A DNA stretch of 64,000 nucleotides, taken from the NCBI GenBank assembly GCA_041650915.1, contig JBAZKE010000002.1:144638-208637 (forward strand). The letters are read 5' to 3'. Within the stretch, counting starts at the first letter, position 1. Every line of letters starts with the position of its first letter. The position numbers and the translations under genes were made by a program. The DNA comes from Patescibacteria group bacterium (GTDB taxonomy: Bacteria; Patescibacteriota; Patescibacteriia; UBA10025; JAHIVO01). The notes beneath the pieces are model-generated. The model was not told where the DNA came from and ran no database searches. It was given only the letters and a program-made list of their open reading frames with translations. This document shows positions 46,414-56,557 of this stretch, in pieces.

Positions 46414-47478
46414 CTAAAAAGTAAAATTTATCATGCGTTCAATGATGTGTTGCCCGTCTTCAGGAGAGAGTACCTGCGGCTGGGCGTAATCGCGTATCCG
46501 TACGGGCGTGATTGAGTACTCAAGTACCCCGCCCTCTGAGAGGGTAACCGAGGCGACAGCGCCCTCGGTCGTCTCATCCGACCACATCTGGTCGAATACG
46601 AAGTTTCCGAGGCTGTACAGGATGAGGCCGTTTCCGTACTCTTCAATTGGCTGAACGACGTGCGGGTGGTGCCCGATGACGACACGCGCACCGCTGTCGA
46701 TCGCAGTCCGGGCAAGGTCCTGCTGGTACTCGCGTGGAGTGTCTTCGTATTCGACCCCGGCGTGCAGCGATACGACCACGATATCAACGGCTGCACTGAG
46801 CCCAGCAACATCTCGGGCGAGCGAGTCCTCATCGAAAAAAGCCACTCCGGCCCGCTCTTCCGATGCCCGGTCGCCTGCTGAAGTGAAGCTGCCATCAGTA
46901 TACGCGAGATAGCCGACGGTATAGCCGGATGCTTCCACTATTGCGGGCAGCGCCGCTTCGCCGGCATTCAAGCCTGCGCCAGCGTGGGCAATGCCGGCAG
47001 CATCAAGCACTTCAAGCGTGCGCGCTATTCCAGGCCTGCCCTGGTTGCCCACGTGGTTATTTGCGAGGGATACAACGTCAAAACCGCCGAGGGTGAGGCC
47101 TTCGACCGATTGCGGGTCTGCGCGGAAGGACATTTCGTACGGGTTAACGGGCGAGCCTTCGATAAGCGGGCATTCGAGGTTGCCGAACGTGATATCCCCG
47201 CTCTCGGTGAGGATGTGCGTTTCCCGAAACGGGTACGCCCAGTCGCCGTATTGGAGCATTTTTTTTTCGACTGTCCGCGATAGCATAATATCACCCACCG
47301 CGATGAGCGTAATTGGCTCTTTTTCGGATGCGTGCGCTCCCGGAGCCAGAGCGTAGGGCGCGGGACCCCGGTCAGGCTGCGCCAGGAAGCCGTACCACGT
47401 AAGCAAGCCCATTGCCGCCAGTGAAGCGCCCGCGAGCAGCACGCAGCTGAGTGCGTACCTTTGATTCTTTTTTTCCAT
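46414..47478 (-). CDS. CapA family (poly-gamma-glutamate/capsule biosynthesis, metallophosphatase fold) protein
   Basis: LIAVGDIMLSR ... GNLECP ... ANNHVGNQG ... GHHPHVVQP motifs of CapA/PGA_cap. N-terminal signal anchor. Confidence 0.75.
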   Translation of the reverse strand: MEKKNQRYALSCVLLAGASLAAMGLLTWYGFLAQPDRGPAPYALAPGAHASEKEPITLIAVGDIMLSRTVEKKMLQYGDWAYPFRETHILTESGDITFGNLECPLIEGSPVNPYEMSFRADPQSVEGLTLGGFDVVSLANNHVGNQGRPGIARTLEVLDAAGIAHAGAGLNAGEAALPAIVEASGYTVGYLAYTDGSFTSAGDRASEERAGVAFFDEDSLARDVAGLSAAVDIVVVSLHAGVEYEDTPREYQQDLARTAIDSGARVVIGHHPHVVQPIEEYGNGLILYSLGNFVFDQMWSDETTEGAVASVTLSEGGVLEYSITPVRIRDYAQPQVLSPEDGQHIIERMINFTF

Positions 47479-47487
47479 CGAAATTCG

Positions 47488-48417
47488 TTAAAAAGTTCCG
47501 ATAGTTTGAATTTCCATTTTAAGCGCAACGCCGAATTGTCCGACTACCTCCTTCTGGATGAGCTCGATGAGCGCAAAAACGTCTCTCGCCGTAGCGCCGC
47601 CGCGGTTGATAATGTAGTTGGGGTGCATCGGGCTCGCTTCCGCGCCGCCGATCACCGTTCCCCTGAGCCCCGCCTTATTGATAAGCCATCCCGCCGGCAC
47701 CCTGCCCCCGTGCGATGCGGCGTTTGTTTCTTGCTCGAAGAGCTTTCGGACATGCTCGCTGACTTCAGGATTGATAAAGCACGAGCCTGCGCTTTGGATG
47801 TTTTGGATATGTTTTTTTTCCCGCTGCTCTATCGTCTCGCGTCCCTGGCGTTCGATGATTTTCCGGTCGCCGGCACGGAGAGCCAGCTGCGCCCGTACGA
47901 TAATCCACTCAGGATTCTCTTTAAAAAAACTGTTCCGGTAACCGAATGAGCACGCAGCTGCTGAAAAGGTGTCAGTCGTAAGTTTGTGCGTATTGAGTGC
48001 CGTGATCGACTCGATCGCATCCCGCATCTCACTTCCGAACGCACCCGCATTGCCGCGGATGGCACCGCCGACGGTGCCGGGGATGCCGGCGAGGCGCTCG
48101 AGTCCCGTGAGGCCGTGGCGGGCGGCAGCTGCGACCAGGTCACATAACGCCGCACCTGCATCGGCCCTGACCGTCGTGCCGCGGACGTCGACGGCTGCCG
48201 CTCCGAGCTTGATGATTGCACCTTCGAACCCGGCGTCCGAAATGAGCACGTTGCTGCCACCCCCGAGCATACAGGCAGGGAGGTTGCGGGTTTGCGCCCA
48301 ACGAACCGCTTCGGCAAGCTCACTGGCGTTGTCCGCTTCAATAAAAAAGCGCGCACGCCCGCCGATATTGAATGTCGTGTATGGCTTGAGCAGAACGTTT
48401 TTTTTGGGCCTCATCAC
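47488..48417 (-). CDS. murB: UDP-N-acetylenolpyruvoylglucosamine reductase
   Basis: FAD-binding PCMH domain (FNIGGRARFF ... GGGSNVLISD) and MurB C-terminal motifs. 309 aa. Confidence 0.85.
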   Translation of the reverse strand: MMRPKKNVLLKPYTTFNIGGRARFFIEADNASELAEAVRWAQTRNLPACMLGGGSNVLISDAGFEGAIIKLGAAAVDVRGTTVRADAGAALCDLVAAAARHGLTGLERLAGIPGTVGGAIRGNAGAFGSEMRDAIESITALNTHKLTTDTFSAAACSFGYRNSFFKENPEWIIVRAQLALRAGDRKIIERQGRETIEQREKKHIQNIQSAGSCFINPEVSEHVRKLFEQETNAASHGGRVPAGWLINKAGLRGTVIGGAEASPMHPNYIINRGGATARDVFALIELIQKEVVGQFGVALKMEIQTIGTF

Positions 48418-48445
48418 GCTTGTGGCACTCAGTGGGCGGCGCCCG

Positions 48446-48886
48446 CTACTTTCGTATGCTCGCGACTGTCACGAAATTGCTCCCGGACTCACGAGTCCCC
48501 TCGACGGTTACGGTATCGCCATCGACGAAAATGCCGTTTGTGATTGCATCAGCGCACGGTTGCGTCCCGTCGGCCGTGGTGCACTGGGCACGGAAGTCAT
48601 CAATGAAGAGCGTGGCGCTCTCATCCGCACCTTCGGCCGTGGTGTACGTGAGGCTGAAACCGGATTCAATCGTTCCGGTCAGCGTTCCCTCCTGGGTAAA
48701 CTGGTCTGGGTTTTGTTCCCGTGCCGCTTCGCTGAGGCCGCCCGACTGGGTATTCGTAGCGTTGGATGGAGTCTCGTCACGTTCACTCTGGTACCACCAC
48801 GCCGCCCCGGCCATGAGGAGCGCGATTGCCACTATGGTAATGAGCACCGACGTGCTGATCATGTTTGCTGTATTGTTTTTTTGCAT
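48446..48886 (-). CDS. Hypothetical membrane-anchored Thr-rich protein
   Basis: Start uncertain (ORF track to 48925). N-terminal TM then a T/G/E-rich region. No family recognised. Confidence 0.3.
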   Translation of the reverse strand: MQKNNTANMISTSVLITIVAIALLMAGAAWWYQSERDETPSNATNTQSGGLSEAAREQNPDQFTQEGTLTGTIESGFSLTYTTAEGADESATLFIDDFRAQCTTADGTQPCADAITNGIFVDGDTVTVEGTRESGSNFVTVASIRK

Positions 48887-48946
48887 AAAATTGTACGTTA
48901 CGTTTTTGTGAATAGAGTATACCACTGAATGGCCGAAGAGGGGAGA

Positions 48947-49537
48947 TCATCCGAGTACTCGAACACCGGCACGCTCAAGCATGGCGGCGAGCTTGTACAG
49001 CGGCAGTCCGACAACGTTATAGTAGCAACCGCTGATTTTTTTTACGAGCAGCGCACCGTGCCGCTCGACGGCGAAGCCGCCGGCGCGGTCGAGCGATTCG
49101 CCGAGCCGTACGTACTGTTCAGCCAGGTCGCTTGAAATCGCGGCCATCGAGAGCAGCGTTATCTCACGGTCGAGCAGCGTTACCCCCTCATGGCGGTTGA
49201 CGAGTGCAACGCCGGTCAGGCATTCGACCGTTGCCCCGCTGATACGCTTGAGCATGCCAATCGCATCCTGTTCGGTATGCGGTTTGCCGAGGATCATCCC
49301 CCTGTGCACGATGACCGTATCGGCGCCGATCACGTACGCGCGTGCGTCCTGTTCGGCCACCTGGAGGGCTTTACCGAGCGCGTGCCGGGTGACGAGCTCG
49401 GGCGGTTCGACATTTTGGCTGTTGTCTTCTTGATAGGAGCTCGGAATTACCGAAAAACGTTTTCCGATGAGCTGCTCAAGGAGTTTTCTCCTCCGCGCGG
49501 AGCCTGATGCCAGCACAATGGTAGGGTATGCGCCCAT
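48947..49537 (-). CDS. maf: Maf-like nucleoside triphosphate pyrophosphatase
   Basis: IVLASGSARRRKLL ... GADTVIV ... GKPH Maf motifs. 196 aa. Confidence 0.85.
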   Translation of the reverse strand: MGAYPTIVLASGSARRRKLLEQLIGKRFSVIPSSYQEDNSQNVEPPELVTRHALGKALQVAEQDARAYVIGADTVIVHRGMILGKPHTEQDAIGMLKRISGATVECLTGVALVNRHEGVTLLDREITLLSMAAISSDLAEQYVRLGESLDRAGGFAVERHGALLVKKISGCYYNVVGLPLYKLAAMLERAGVRVLG

Positions 49538-49548
49538 ATGCCTCGCGC

Positions 49549-50049
49549 TCAGAGTTCTCTAAATTTTATCACCCCGCATTTTTGGCCGGTGTTGAACAGC
49601 ACTTTTTTATTCCTACTCCGGTGGGCAGCCTCGACCCTCCCGATGAAGATGTAGTGGTCTCCCGCATCGACTTCCCTGGCAAGGCTGCACTCGAGGTTGA
49701 TCGTCGCGTCGGCGAGCAGCGGCGTTCGCGTGAACCGCGCTGGAATTGTTTTGAGCTTCGATTTCCTAAACTTATCTACTTCGTTTCCATGGATTGAGCC
49801 GAAGAGCCTCACCGCGCGCTCGAGCTTTTTATTGGCCACGGCGACCACGAATTCTTTCGATTGTTGGATGAGCTTGTGCGTGAAGCCCTCCTTAGACAGG
49901 GCAACTGCGTAGAGTGGCGGCTCAAACGAGCACTTCATGTGCCATCCGGCAATCATTCCGCTGGGGGCTCCCTTTCCGTCTACGGAGAGCACAAAAATGC
50001 AGCTTTCCGGCTTGAACGCGGCGAATCCGTCCTGTGGTGTAACTCGTTT
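49549..50049 (-). CDS. Flavin reductase-like (FMN-binding split-barrel) domain protein
   Basis: Flavin_Reduct-like pattern. Start set at MKRVTPQ; the ORF-track N-extension is rejected. Confidence 0.55.
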   Translation of the reverse strand, partial: KRVTPQDGFAAFKPESCIFVLSVDGKGAPSGMIAGWHMKCSFEPPLYAVALSKEGFTHKLIQQSKEFVVAVANKKLERAVRLFGSIHGNEVDKFRKSKLKTIPARFTRTPLLADATINLECSLAREVDAGDHYIFIGRVEAAHRSRNKKVLFNTGQKCGVIKFREL

Positions 50050-50062
50050 CATGGGTGTTGGG

Positions 50063-50857
50063 CTATAGTCCGTTCCACCAGTCACTGCCGCCGGTAACGC
50101 GGACGGTTTCCGGCACGGTACCCTCGAATACGTCGTACCCATCGTGGTATTCGAGCGTTTTGATGGAGAAGCCGGGATTCTGTGCCATGCGGCTGTTCAC
50201 GAGGTCTTCAAGGTAGTCTTCCGCCATCTGGAGGTACTTCTCAGAAACCGGCAACCGCCCGATTTCTGCTTTTTCAAGCGTTAAATCAATTGATTTTTCC
50301 GATACCTTTGTGATGCCAGCCCGTACGTACACCGGCGCGTTAACGTATTTTTTGACCATTCCGGAAGCTTCAATGCCCCCCTCAACCATTTTTACCTGGA
50401 CATTCGAAACGTACGGATCGTTCTGCAGGTACTCATTGAGGAATGAGGTAAGTTCCTCCGACGTGAGCTGGTGGTCGATATTCACGGAGCCGATAAACTC
50501 TTTACGGTTGAAGATCGTATAGTCGGCGGGATCGCCTTCGAGCGTCCACGGAGTTTTTTCAAGTGTGCTCGCCAGCCCTTCTGAGCTCGCCTGCACGCCG
50601 AGATCCCTCGGTGAATCAGTCCCGAGGAGCGCAGAGACGCCCGGGACGGCATAGACGCCCGTTGCAGCGGCAGCGATGGCCACGCCGGCAATGATGATCG
50701 CGAGCACGATGAGGGTCGTGCGCAGGCGGTGGCGCTGCTTCGGCTTTTCTATTGCGTGTTTTCCTTCTTCAGGCTTGAGGATGTCTTCAGGCAGTGCGCC
50801 TATTTTTTCCTCTTGGCCAGTGCGGTCCGTTCCTCCTCCTGTCGCTTCTTCACCCAT
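50063..50857 (-). CDS. Hypothetical membrane-anchored protein
   Basis: Charged N-terminus, a single TM (LIVLAIIIAGVAIAAAATGVYAV) and a soluble extracytoplasmic domain. No motifs. Confidence 0.4.
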   Translation of the reverse strand: MGEEATGGGTDRTGQEEKIGALPEDILKPEEGKHAIEKPKQRHRLRTTLIVLAIIIAGVAIAAAATGVYAVPGVSALLGTDSPRDLGVQASSEGLASTLEKTPWTLEGDPADYTIFNRKEFIGSVNIDHQLTSEELTSFLNEYLQNDPYVSNVQVKMVEGGIEASGMVKKYVNAPVYVRAGITKVSEKSIDLTLEKAEIGRLPVSEKYLQMAEDYLEDLVNSRMAQNPGFSIKTLEYHDGYDVFEGTVPETVRVTGGSDWWNGL

Positions 50858-51001
50858 ACTTTTTTAGACGTTAGCTGATCGTATGCCTCTATTGTATCGT
50901 CCAAAACGCAAAAAGACAAACAGCCCTTTGATCCGCTCACGCTCACTGCGGCCCGCAGTACAGTACCGCCCACCGCCTGCCCTGGCAGGCTTTTATCCGT
51001 T

Positions 51002-51466
51002 CTAGAAGTAAATATTTTTGCCGGTAACGAGCCGCGCCGTTCTGGTTATGATACTAACAATCACTCCGAAGATGCCGATGCCGAATCCGATCCGTGCAAC
51101 GGTGTTGAGCCAGCCAATACCGATTGTGGTGAAATCAAACGGGAAGACGGTGATGAGCCGGTACAGCACTATGATGCCGATCACATCGAGCGCCATGCGC
51201 GCTGCATAGTAAAATCGACGCTCATCGTAGAAGATACATACGGCGTAGCAGATGGCGCTGAGCGCGAGAGAGAGGTTGAGTATGCCGAGTACGTCCTCCC
51301 AGCGGCCGGTGAGTGCTTCGGAAACGTACGGGATATTCCATTCAATGGCATAGTTTGCGATCACGAGCGCGGCGATGTTTCCGATCATGGCACCGACGTA
51401 GCTGGGAATTCTGGAGCGTTCTATTTTTTCTTTTATTTGTTCTTGTTTTATCGATTGCTGAATCAT
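51002..51466 (-). CDS. Hypothetical small polytopic membrane protein
   Basis: 154 aa with four hydrophobic helices. Confidence 0.4.
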   Translation of the reverse strand: MIQQSIKQEQIKEKIERSRIPSYVGAMIGNIAALVIANYAIEWNIPYVSEALTGRWEDVLGILNLSLALSAICYAVCIFYDERRFYYAARMALDVIGIIVLYRLITVFPFDFTTIGIGWLNTVARIGFGIGIFGVIVSIITRTARLVTGKNIYF

Positions 51467-51470
51467 AGGC

Positions 51471-52091
51471 TCATACGTGGCTGATGCGGGCCATCGGTTT
51501 GTTAATGGTAAAGAATGAAAATAAAACTGCCGTGAAGTTGAGCGCCATGTGCGCGAGCGAGCTCACGATGAGGTTGGGAAACGACAGGTACATGGTTGTT
51601 AGGGCGATGCCTCCGATGAATGCGAGCGGAAAATCGACACGGGCGTCTTTGTAGATGAAGTGCAGCGCGCTGAAGAGGAGTGCGCTGGCTACTACCGCGA
51701 GAACGGTGCCCGGCAGCGCTTCAGTGAGCCGGGGGAGCAGGAAGCCCATAAAAATAAATTGCTGTGCGGCGCTGATCGGCATGAACCAAAAGAGGAAGTG
51801 GTCGTCTCTCCACCACGTTGTGGCTGATTTTTTTCCGACTGCGTGGGCATATCCGGCGATCGCGGCGATTCCGGCGGCGGTGAACAGGAGGTACGGCATG
51901 AGCGAACTGCCAACCGTATCAGTGCGGATGCCCATTGCCACGAGCGGGGTCCCTTCACAGGCTGAGACGAGCACGCATCCGGCCAGAACGGCACCGAGGA
52001 CCCACAGGCGGAATCGTACCGGCACAACTCGGCAGTAGAGCAGCGTGAGCGGGAGAATGAAGAGCAAGATTATTTGTATGAGTAATGCCAT
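51471..52091 (-). CDS. CPBP (CAAX protease/Abi) family membrane protein, motif-1 variant
   Basis: Motif 2 FSALHF and motif 3 HMALNF are present. The motif-1 position reads AAQQFIFMG rather than the canonical EExxFRG. Confidence 0.6.
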   Translation of the reverse strand: MALLIQIILLFILPLTLLYCRVVPVRFRLWVLGAVLAGCVLVSACEGTPLVAMGIRTDTVGSSLMPYLLFTAAGIAAIAGYAHAVGKKSATTWWRDDHFLFWFMPISAAQQFIFMGFLLPRLTEALPGTVLAVVASALLFSALHFIYKDARVDFPLAFIGGIALTTMYLSFPNLIVSSLAHMALNFTAVLFSFFTINKPMARISHV

Positions 52092-52413
52092 GCCACTGTT
52101 TTAATGTATTCTATGCCAAGGCTCGACACGCCGTTAGTATAGCAGAGCGCAGCGGGATTACGGAATGTCTCTATTTCTATTGCGTATTGCTGCCAATGGG
52201 CCAATCAGTGTCATTTGAGAATGGTTATTTTCATTGGCATTGGATTCAAGCAGCGGCAGGCGGGCAACGATCAAGCGAGGCGTCGGTTGCCCGTCTTTCA
52301 GATGATGGCTATGCTATTTGCGTTGAGGTAGTTGCATTGCATGGACGATCCATCCGGGTTGGCTTGTCTATCCGCTTTTAGTATACTGTAAGCATAACAA
52401 CCTAACGCATACG

Positions 52414-52629
52414 GTGATGAATGGCTACGACGACGAAAATCCCGAATCTATGTTTCAAAAGCTGTCCGAGCATGCCAGGGAGCTCAAGGACAAGTACCAC
52501 AAGATGGATTCGGATACGAAAAAGAAGATCCTAACCGGCGTGGGCGGCGCACTCGCGTTGCTCGCGAGCATCGGCATCATGCGCAAGCTCAAGCCGAAGG
52601 GCAAGAGCAAGGACGACGTTGAGGAGTAG
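52414..52629 (+). CDS. Small hypothetical protein with C-terminal TM helix
   Basis: 71 aa with a charged N-terminal half and a C-terminal hydrophobic helix. Convergent with the QueC-like operon end. Confidence 0.3.
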   Translation: MMNGYDDENPESMFQKLSEHARELKDKYHKMDSDTKKKILTGVGGALALLASIGIMRKLKPKGKSKDDVEE

Positions 52630-52647
52630 TGCGCTGCCGCTGGGCCG

Positions 52648-54024
52648 TTACGAAGGCAGGTTTTTGCGGAGTTGTTTAAGCACGCTGCTAAAGAGGCGCA
52701 GCAGGCGTTTTTCGTACGGCGGCGGCAGGTTGCGCGCCGGCTTGAGCGTCGTGTAAAAATTGCGGTAGTGCTGCCACGGCTTGAGGTGCGGCAGCTTTTT
52801 CATTTTGAAATCTCGGTCAAAGGGGGTCTGCACCTTCCGCCTCCACAGGCTGTAGAAGCCAAAGTCGAGCTCCTGGTTTGATCCCGTTTCCCGGTCCCGC
52901 CCGAAGTAGTGGCTGAAGATTCCCGGCTCCCTGAAGGGATCGCCGACAAATCCCACCGCGGCAGGGTCGATGCCGAACGCCCGTGCGAAGAGGTACATCC
53001 GCGCGCACTTGTAGCACCGGTGGCACCACGCGGACCCCCGGCGGAGCGGATGCTGTGCGCTGCATGAGAATTGGAATCTGCCGATTTCCGGGTAGCGCGT
53101 ATGGAGAAAGTAAAAGATGGCGCTCTCCTCGAGCGGCTCGAGCGAGCTGTGGACGCTGCACTGGCCGCGCGTCAGCAAACGGGCCATGTTGCTCTGTGCG
53201 CCAGTCCACCCGCTCGTCTGGTCAAAGCCCGACGGGTACAGCTTCCACCCGCGGTACTGTTCGGTATCGTTATTCGAGTGTTCGTTCCCGAACAGCATGT
53301 ACCGCGCGCCGTAGCGGTAGACGAATGGCATGAGCAGCAGCACGAGCAGCGTCGTCTGTGCGCCCCACCCAAGCTCGGTCTTGGGGATTCCCCTGAATGC
53401 AGCCCCGTACCGGAACAGGCCCGATTCGTGTGAAATGTAGTGGGTGCGCACCTTAAACTGCCGGCTGAACGTTTCCAGGGCCCGCAGCTTATAGTCGCGT
53501 TCGAACGGGTGCGCCGGCTCCTCGCAGTATATGAGCACCGGCTCGATCCCGAGCTCTCTGCAGAGTGCAACCGTCAGTAAGCTTTCCTTGCCAAACGTAA
53601 ACGGCACGATTGCCACATCGCGGCGCGACCTGAATTGTGGGACGTCCCCGCCTTCGAGCCATGTGCTGCCGCCCGTTTTAAACGTGCACTCGAGGTTGTA
53701 GAATGCCTGTATGAGCGAGAGGTGCTTGCGGCGGTCCGACCGTTCGACATCAATCATGTCGTACAGCTGGTTTTTGAAAAAAATCGGCTCAAATACCGGC
53801 GCAGGAAAATTGTACGTTACGGCGGATGTGTTGAGGATGAGCGGCACGAAATTGGTGCTCGCATACGCGATATTTTCCGACAGCACGCGCCGGAGGTTCG
53901 GTGACAGCTCACGCCATACGGTAGCGGGGTATGACGTGCTAAATGCGCGCCGGCCGATGCGGATGTCGAATCCGGAGCGGGTAACCTGTACGCTAATGGG
54001 GGGCAGCTTCTCGCGACGTCGCAT
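52648..54024 (-). CDS. QueC-like PP-loop ATP pyrophosphatase superfamily protein with N-terminal extra domain
   Basis: Variant PP-loop AIVPFTFGKESL. A downstream FGNEHSNND segment. C-terminal SCSAQHPLRRGSAWCHRCYKC...FGIDP parallels the QueC CxnCxxCxxC zinc motif and tail. The ORF-track start at 54168 overlaps the upstream gene. Start set at an internal Met. Confidence 0.5.
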   Translation of the reverse strand: MRRREKLPPISVQVTRSGFDIRIGRRAFSTSYPATVWRELSPNLRRVLSENIAYASTNFVPLILNTSAVTYNFPAPVFEPIFFKNQLYDMIDVERSDRRKHLSLIQAFYNLECTFKTGGSTWLEGGDVPQFRSRRDVAIVPFTFGKESLLTVALCRELGIEPVLIYCEEPAHPFERDYKLRALETFSRQFKVRTHYISHESGLFRYGAAFRGIPKTELGWGAQTTLLVLLLMPFVYRYGARYMLFGNEHSNNDTEQYRGWKLYPSGFDQTSGWTGAQSNMARLLTRGQCSVHSSLEPLEESAIFYFLHTRYPEIGRFQFSCSAQHPLRRGSAWCHRCYKCARMYLFARAFGIDPAAVGFVGDPFREPGIFSHYFGRDRETGSNQELDFGFYSLWRRKVQTPFDRDFKMKKLPHLKPWQHYRNFYTTLKPARNLPPPYEKRLLRLFSSVLKQLRKNLPS

Positions 54025-54035
54025 GGGTTTGTGAA

Positions 54036-56447
54036 TTACGTTTTTGTTGCTTTCGACTTGTACCGCTCGATGCTCAGGCGGATGATTTCCTCGAGCAGGT
54101 TTTCGAACGAAATGCCGGCGAGTTTTGCAGCGGACGCCAGGCCGTGGGGATCGGAATAGTTGAGCCACGGCGCGGGGTTGACCTCGAGCACGTATGGATT
54201 ATCGTCCCGGTCCACCTTGACGTCTACTCTGCCGTAGTCTTTGCAGTTGAGTATATTATACGTATCGAGCGCGATTTCGGTAATGAGGGATTCGATTTTT
54301 TTGCTGATGTTCTTTGGCGGCAGCTGGCGCGTTACCATGGCCTGATCGCCGCGCTGGAGCCACTTCGACTCGTACGTATTGATGTGCCAGGGCTTCTGCG
54401 TGCCGCCGTGGAAGATCGTGCGGCAGAGCGGCAGCACCCTGAGGTTTTCTTCACCGTTGCCGAGAATGTACACTTCGTATTCATCTCCGTCGATGTATTC
54501 CTCAATGAGGGCCGGCCGTTTCATCGTTCGGATGATCCGCTCGAGCTCCCGCTGCAATTCTTTCCTGTTGGTGACGATTGATTGGTCCGTGATGCCGAGG
54601 CAGTAATCGGTGCTCGAGGGCTTGACGATCAGCGGAAATTCAAGCTCGTCGTCAATTTCGTCTTCGAGCTCGTACGCGTAGTCCCACGCGGGCGTGGGAA
54701 TTTCATGGTACGCAAGCAGCTTCTTAAACCGTATCTTGTCGGCAGCGAGCGAGTGGGTAAAAACATCCGATCCCGTATAGGGGATTTGGAGCGCATCGAC
54801 GATCGCCGTTATCTGCGGCTTGAAACTGTCATCGTCGTAGAGCCGTTCCCCCAGGTTGAAGATGAGGTCGATTTCTCCCTTCCGGAGCACATCAAGCGAG
54901 CCCAGGAAATTATTGAGGTTGATCGTCGATACGTGGTATCCGATTGTTTCGAGCGTTTTTTGGACTGCAGTCGCCGATTCGGTAATGTTTTTTGCGATGG
55001 GATCCGACGTCTCTTTGTAGATATTGGCGAGTATGCCGATCTTGAGGTTTTTTATGTCATCCGATTCCCCTCGGTTGATCGCCTTGAGGCGCGCGGTCCT
55101 GATGAGCAGATTTTTGTTGAGGACGGCAGCAGACGTGCGGCTCTTTCGCTCTGTCTTGCCGAGTGAAGATTCCGGGTCGAACTTAACCACCTTGTACGAA
55201 ATCCGGGTGAGTATATCCTCGAGGTTATCCTGCGCGTCAATGGTATTTTCACCGGTCACCGTCAGCCATCCGAGGTGCTCAAAACCCTCCGGGGGAACGA
55301 GGATGGGGTCTCCGATGTGCTTGTAGATTTCGACCTCTTCTACGTATTTGAGTTTTTTGAGCGTGTCGGGATTATCGAGCTCGACGAGCATGCCCGATTC
55401 GTCAGGGTGGAGGTCCCACCCGATGATGTACTTTTTGGGAGTCTCCGGCGCGTGGATTTTCGGTATGTACTGGCCGATTGCGATTTTAACCGCGTACTCG
55501 ATCAGGTCAATGCCCCACGCGCTCTTCGTGTATGAGTACACGTAGTCGCCGCCCATCCTGAGGTTTACCTCAATCGGGAAAAAGCCTTTCTTCGAGTGCT
55601 TCGCCTCGAAATGAATGCACGCGTTCTGTATGCCGAGCTTCTCGACCGTCATCTCCGCCATCTCGAGTATATAGCTCTGTACGTTTGCCGGCAGGCTCGA
55701 GGGAATTGCCTGGCCGCTGTCGACAAAGAACAAACCCTTGTCCTTGTTGAAGTTGTCCGATATCGAATAAAATTTAATCCTTCCGTTCTGCAGGAGGATG
55801 TCAATATCGACCTCATCGCCATCGATGTACTCTTCTGCGAAGATGTCGAGCCCGTCTGACAGCGCGGACTCGATGCTCGTCGAGAGGTTGTTTTTAACGT
55901 AGCGGTAGAGGTCGGTGAGGCCTTCTTTTTTTTCAACCTTGACGACGTATGCGCTGCTCGATCCGTACGCCGGCTTGATGACGATCGGAAAAGCAAATTG
56001 GTCCCGCAGGTACTGCAGGTCTGACTCGTGCTTGACGAGGAGGTGCTGGGGGGTCGGAATATCGTGCGTGCGGCAGAACTCTCGGAAGAGGAATTTGTTC
56101 CGCACATTCTTGGCGATGCCGTACGGCACGCCAGTCAGATTGAATTTATCGACAATCCGCGAGGTGAGGAGTACGTCATCTTCCCAAAAGGTAAGCGCCC
56201 CGTCGAGCTTGATGTGGGGATTGGCGCTCAGGAATTCTTTGATTGCGGAGATCGCTTCATTGTAGTTGGTATTGTCGGCGATGATCCAGTGGTCAACATA
56301 CTGCTGCGCCCAGTTTTTTTCCCGGTTGAGGACGACAATCGTCAGGCCGAGCCGTTTGAGGCGCTGGATGATGAAGCGTTTTTTAATGGATCCGGTATTG
56401 ACGAGCAGGATCGTTTTGCCCTGCAGCGGGCTGTCATGCTGCCTCAT
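54036..56447 (-). CDS. Fused double ATP-grasp ligase (N-terminal amino-acid-ligase-like ATP-grasp + C-terminal D-Ala-D-Ala-ligase-like ATP-grasp)
   Basis: 803 aa. First half: FPIVIKPAYGSSSAYVVKV ... EEYIDGDEVDID ATP-grasp. Second half: FPLIVKPSSTDYCLGI ... EEYIDGDEYEVYILG ... DYGRVDVKVDRDDNPYVLEVNPAPW, typical of the Ddl family. Confidence 0.75.
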   Translation of the reverse strand: MRQHDSPLQGKTILLVNTGSIKKRFIIQRLKRLGLTIVVLNREKNWAQQYVDHWIIADNTNYNEAISAIKEFLSANPHIKLDGALTFWEDDVLLTSRIVDKFNLTGVPYGIAKNVRNKFLFREFCRTHDIPTPQHLLVKHESDLQYLRDQFAFPIVIKPAYGSSSAYVVKVEKKEGLTDLYRYVKNNLSTSIESALSDGLDIFAEEYIDGDEVDIDILLQNGRIKFYSISDNFNKDKGLFFVDSGQAIPSSLPANVQSYILEMAEMTVEKLGIQNACIHFEAKHSKKGFFPIEVNLRMGGDYVYSYTKSAWGIDLIEYAVKIAIGQYIPKIHAPETPKKYIIGWDLHPDESGMLVELDNPDTLKKLKYVEEVEIYKHIGDPILVPPEGFEHLGWLTVTGENTIDAQDNLEDILTRISYKVVKFDPESSLGKTERKSRTSAAVLNKNLLIRTARLKAINRGESDDIKNLKIGILANIYKETSDPIAKNITESATAVQKTLETIGYHVSTINLNNFLGSLDVLRKGEIDLIFNLGERLYDDDSFKPQITAIVDALQIPYTGSDVFTHSLAADKIRFKKLLAYHEIPTPAWDYAYELEDEIDDELEFPLIVKPSSTDYCLGITDQSIVTNRKELQRELERIIRTMKRPALIEEYIDGDEYEVYILGNGEENLRVLPLCRTIFHGGTQKPWHINTYESKWLQRGDQAMVTRQLPPKNISKKIESLITEIALDTYNILNCKDYGRVDVKVDRDDNPYVLEVNPAPWLNYSDPHGLASAAKLAGISFENLLEEIIRLSIERYKSKATKT

Positions 56448-56557
56448 AGTGCCGGGGCGACAATTGCAAAGATGCCTCGTTCGTGGACGCGGTAACCGAA
56501 TAGTACTTTTTTCATTGGCACGTAAATCGTTAGTGGCAAGGTTTATCTACGCTAAAA

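Noticed and set aside
54025-54168. N-terminal 48 codons of ORF 52648..54168
   Set aside because: It would overlap the 3' 130 nt of the upstream ATP-grasp gene and is Arg-rich with no homology signal. An internal Met at 54024 gives a 12-nt intergenic gap.
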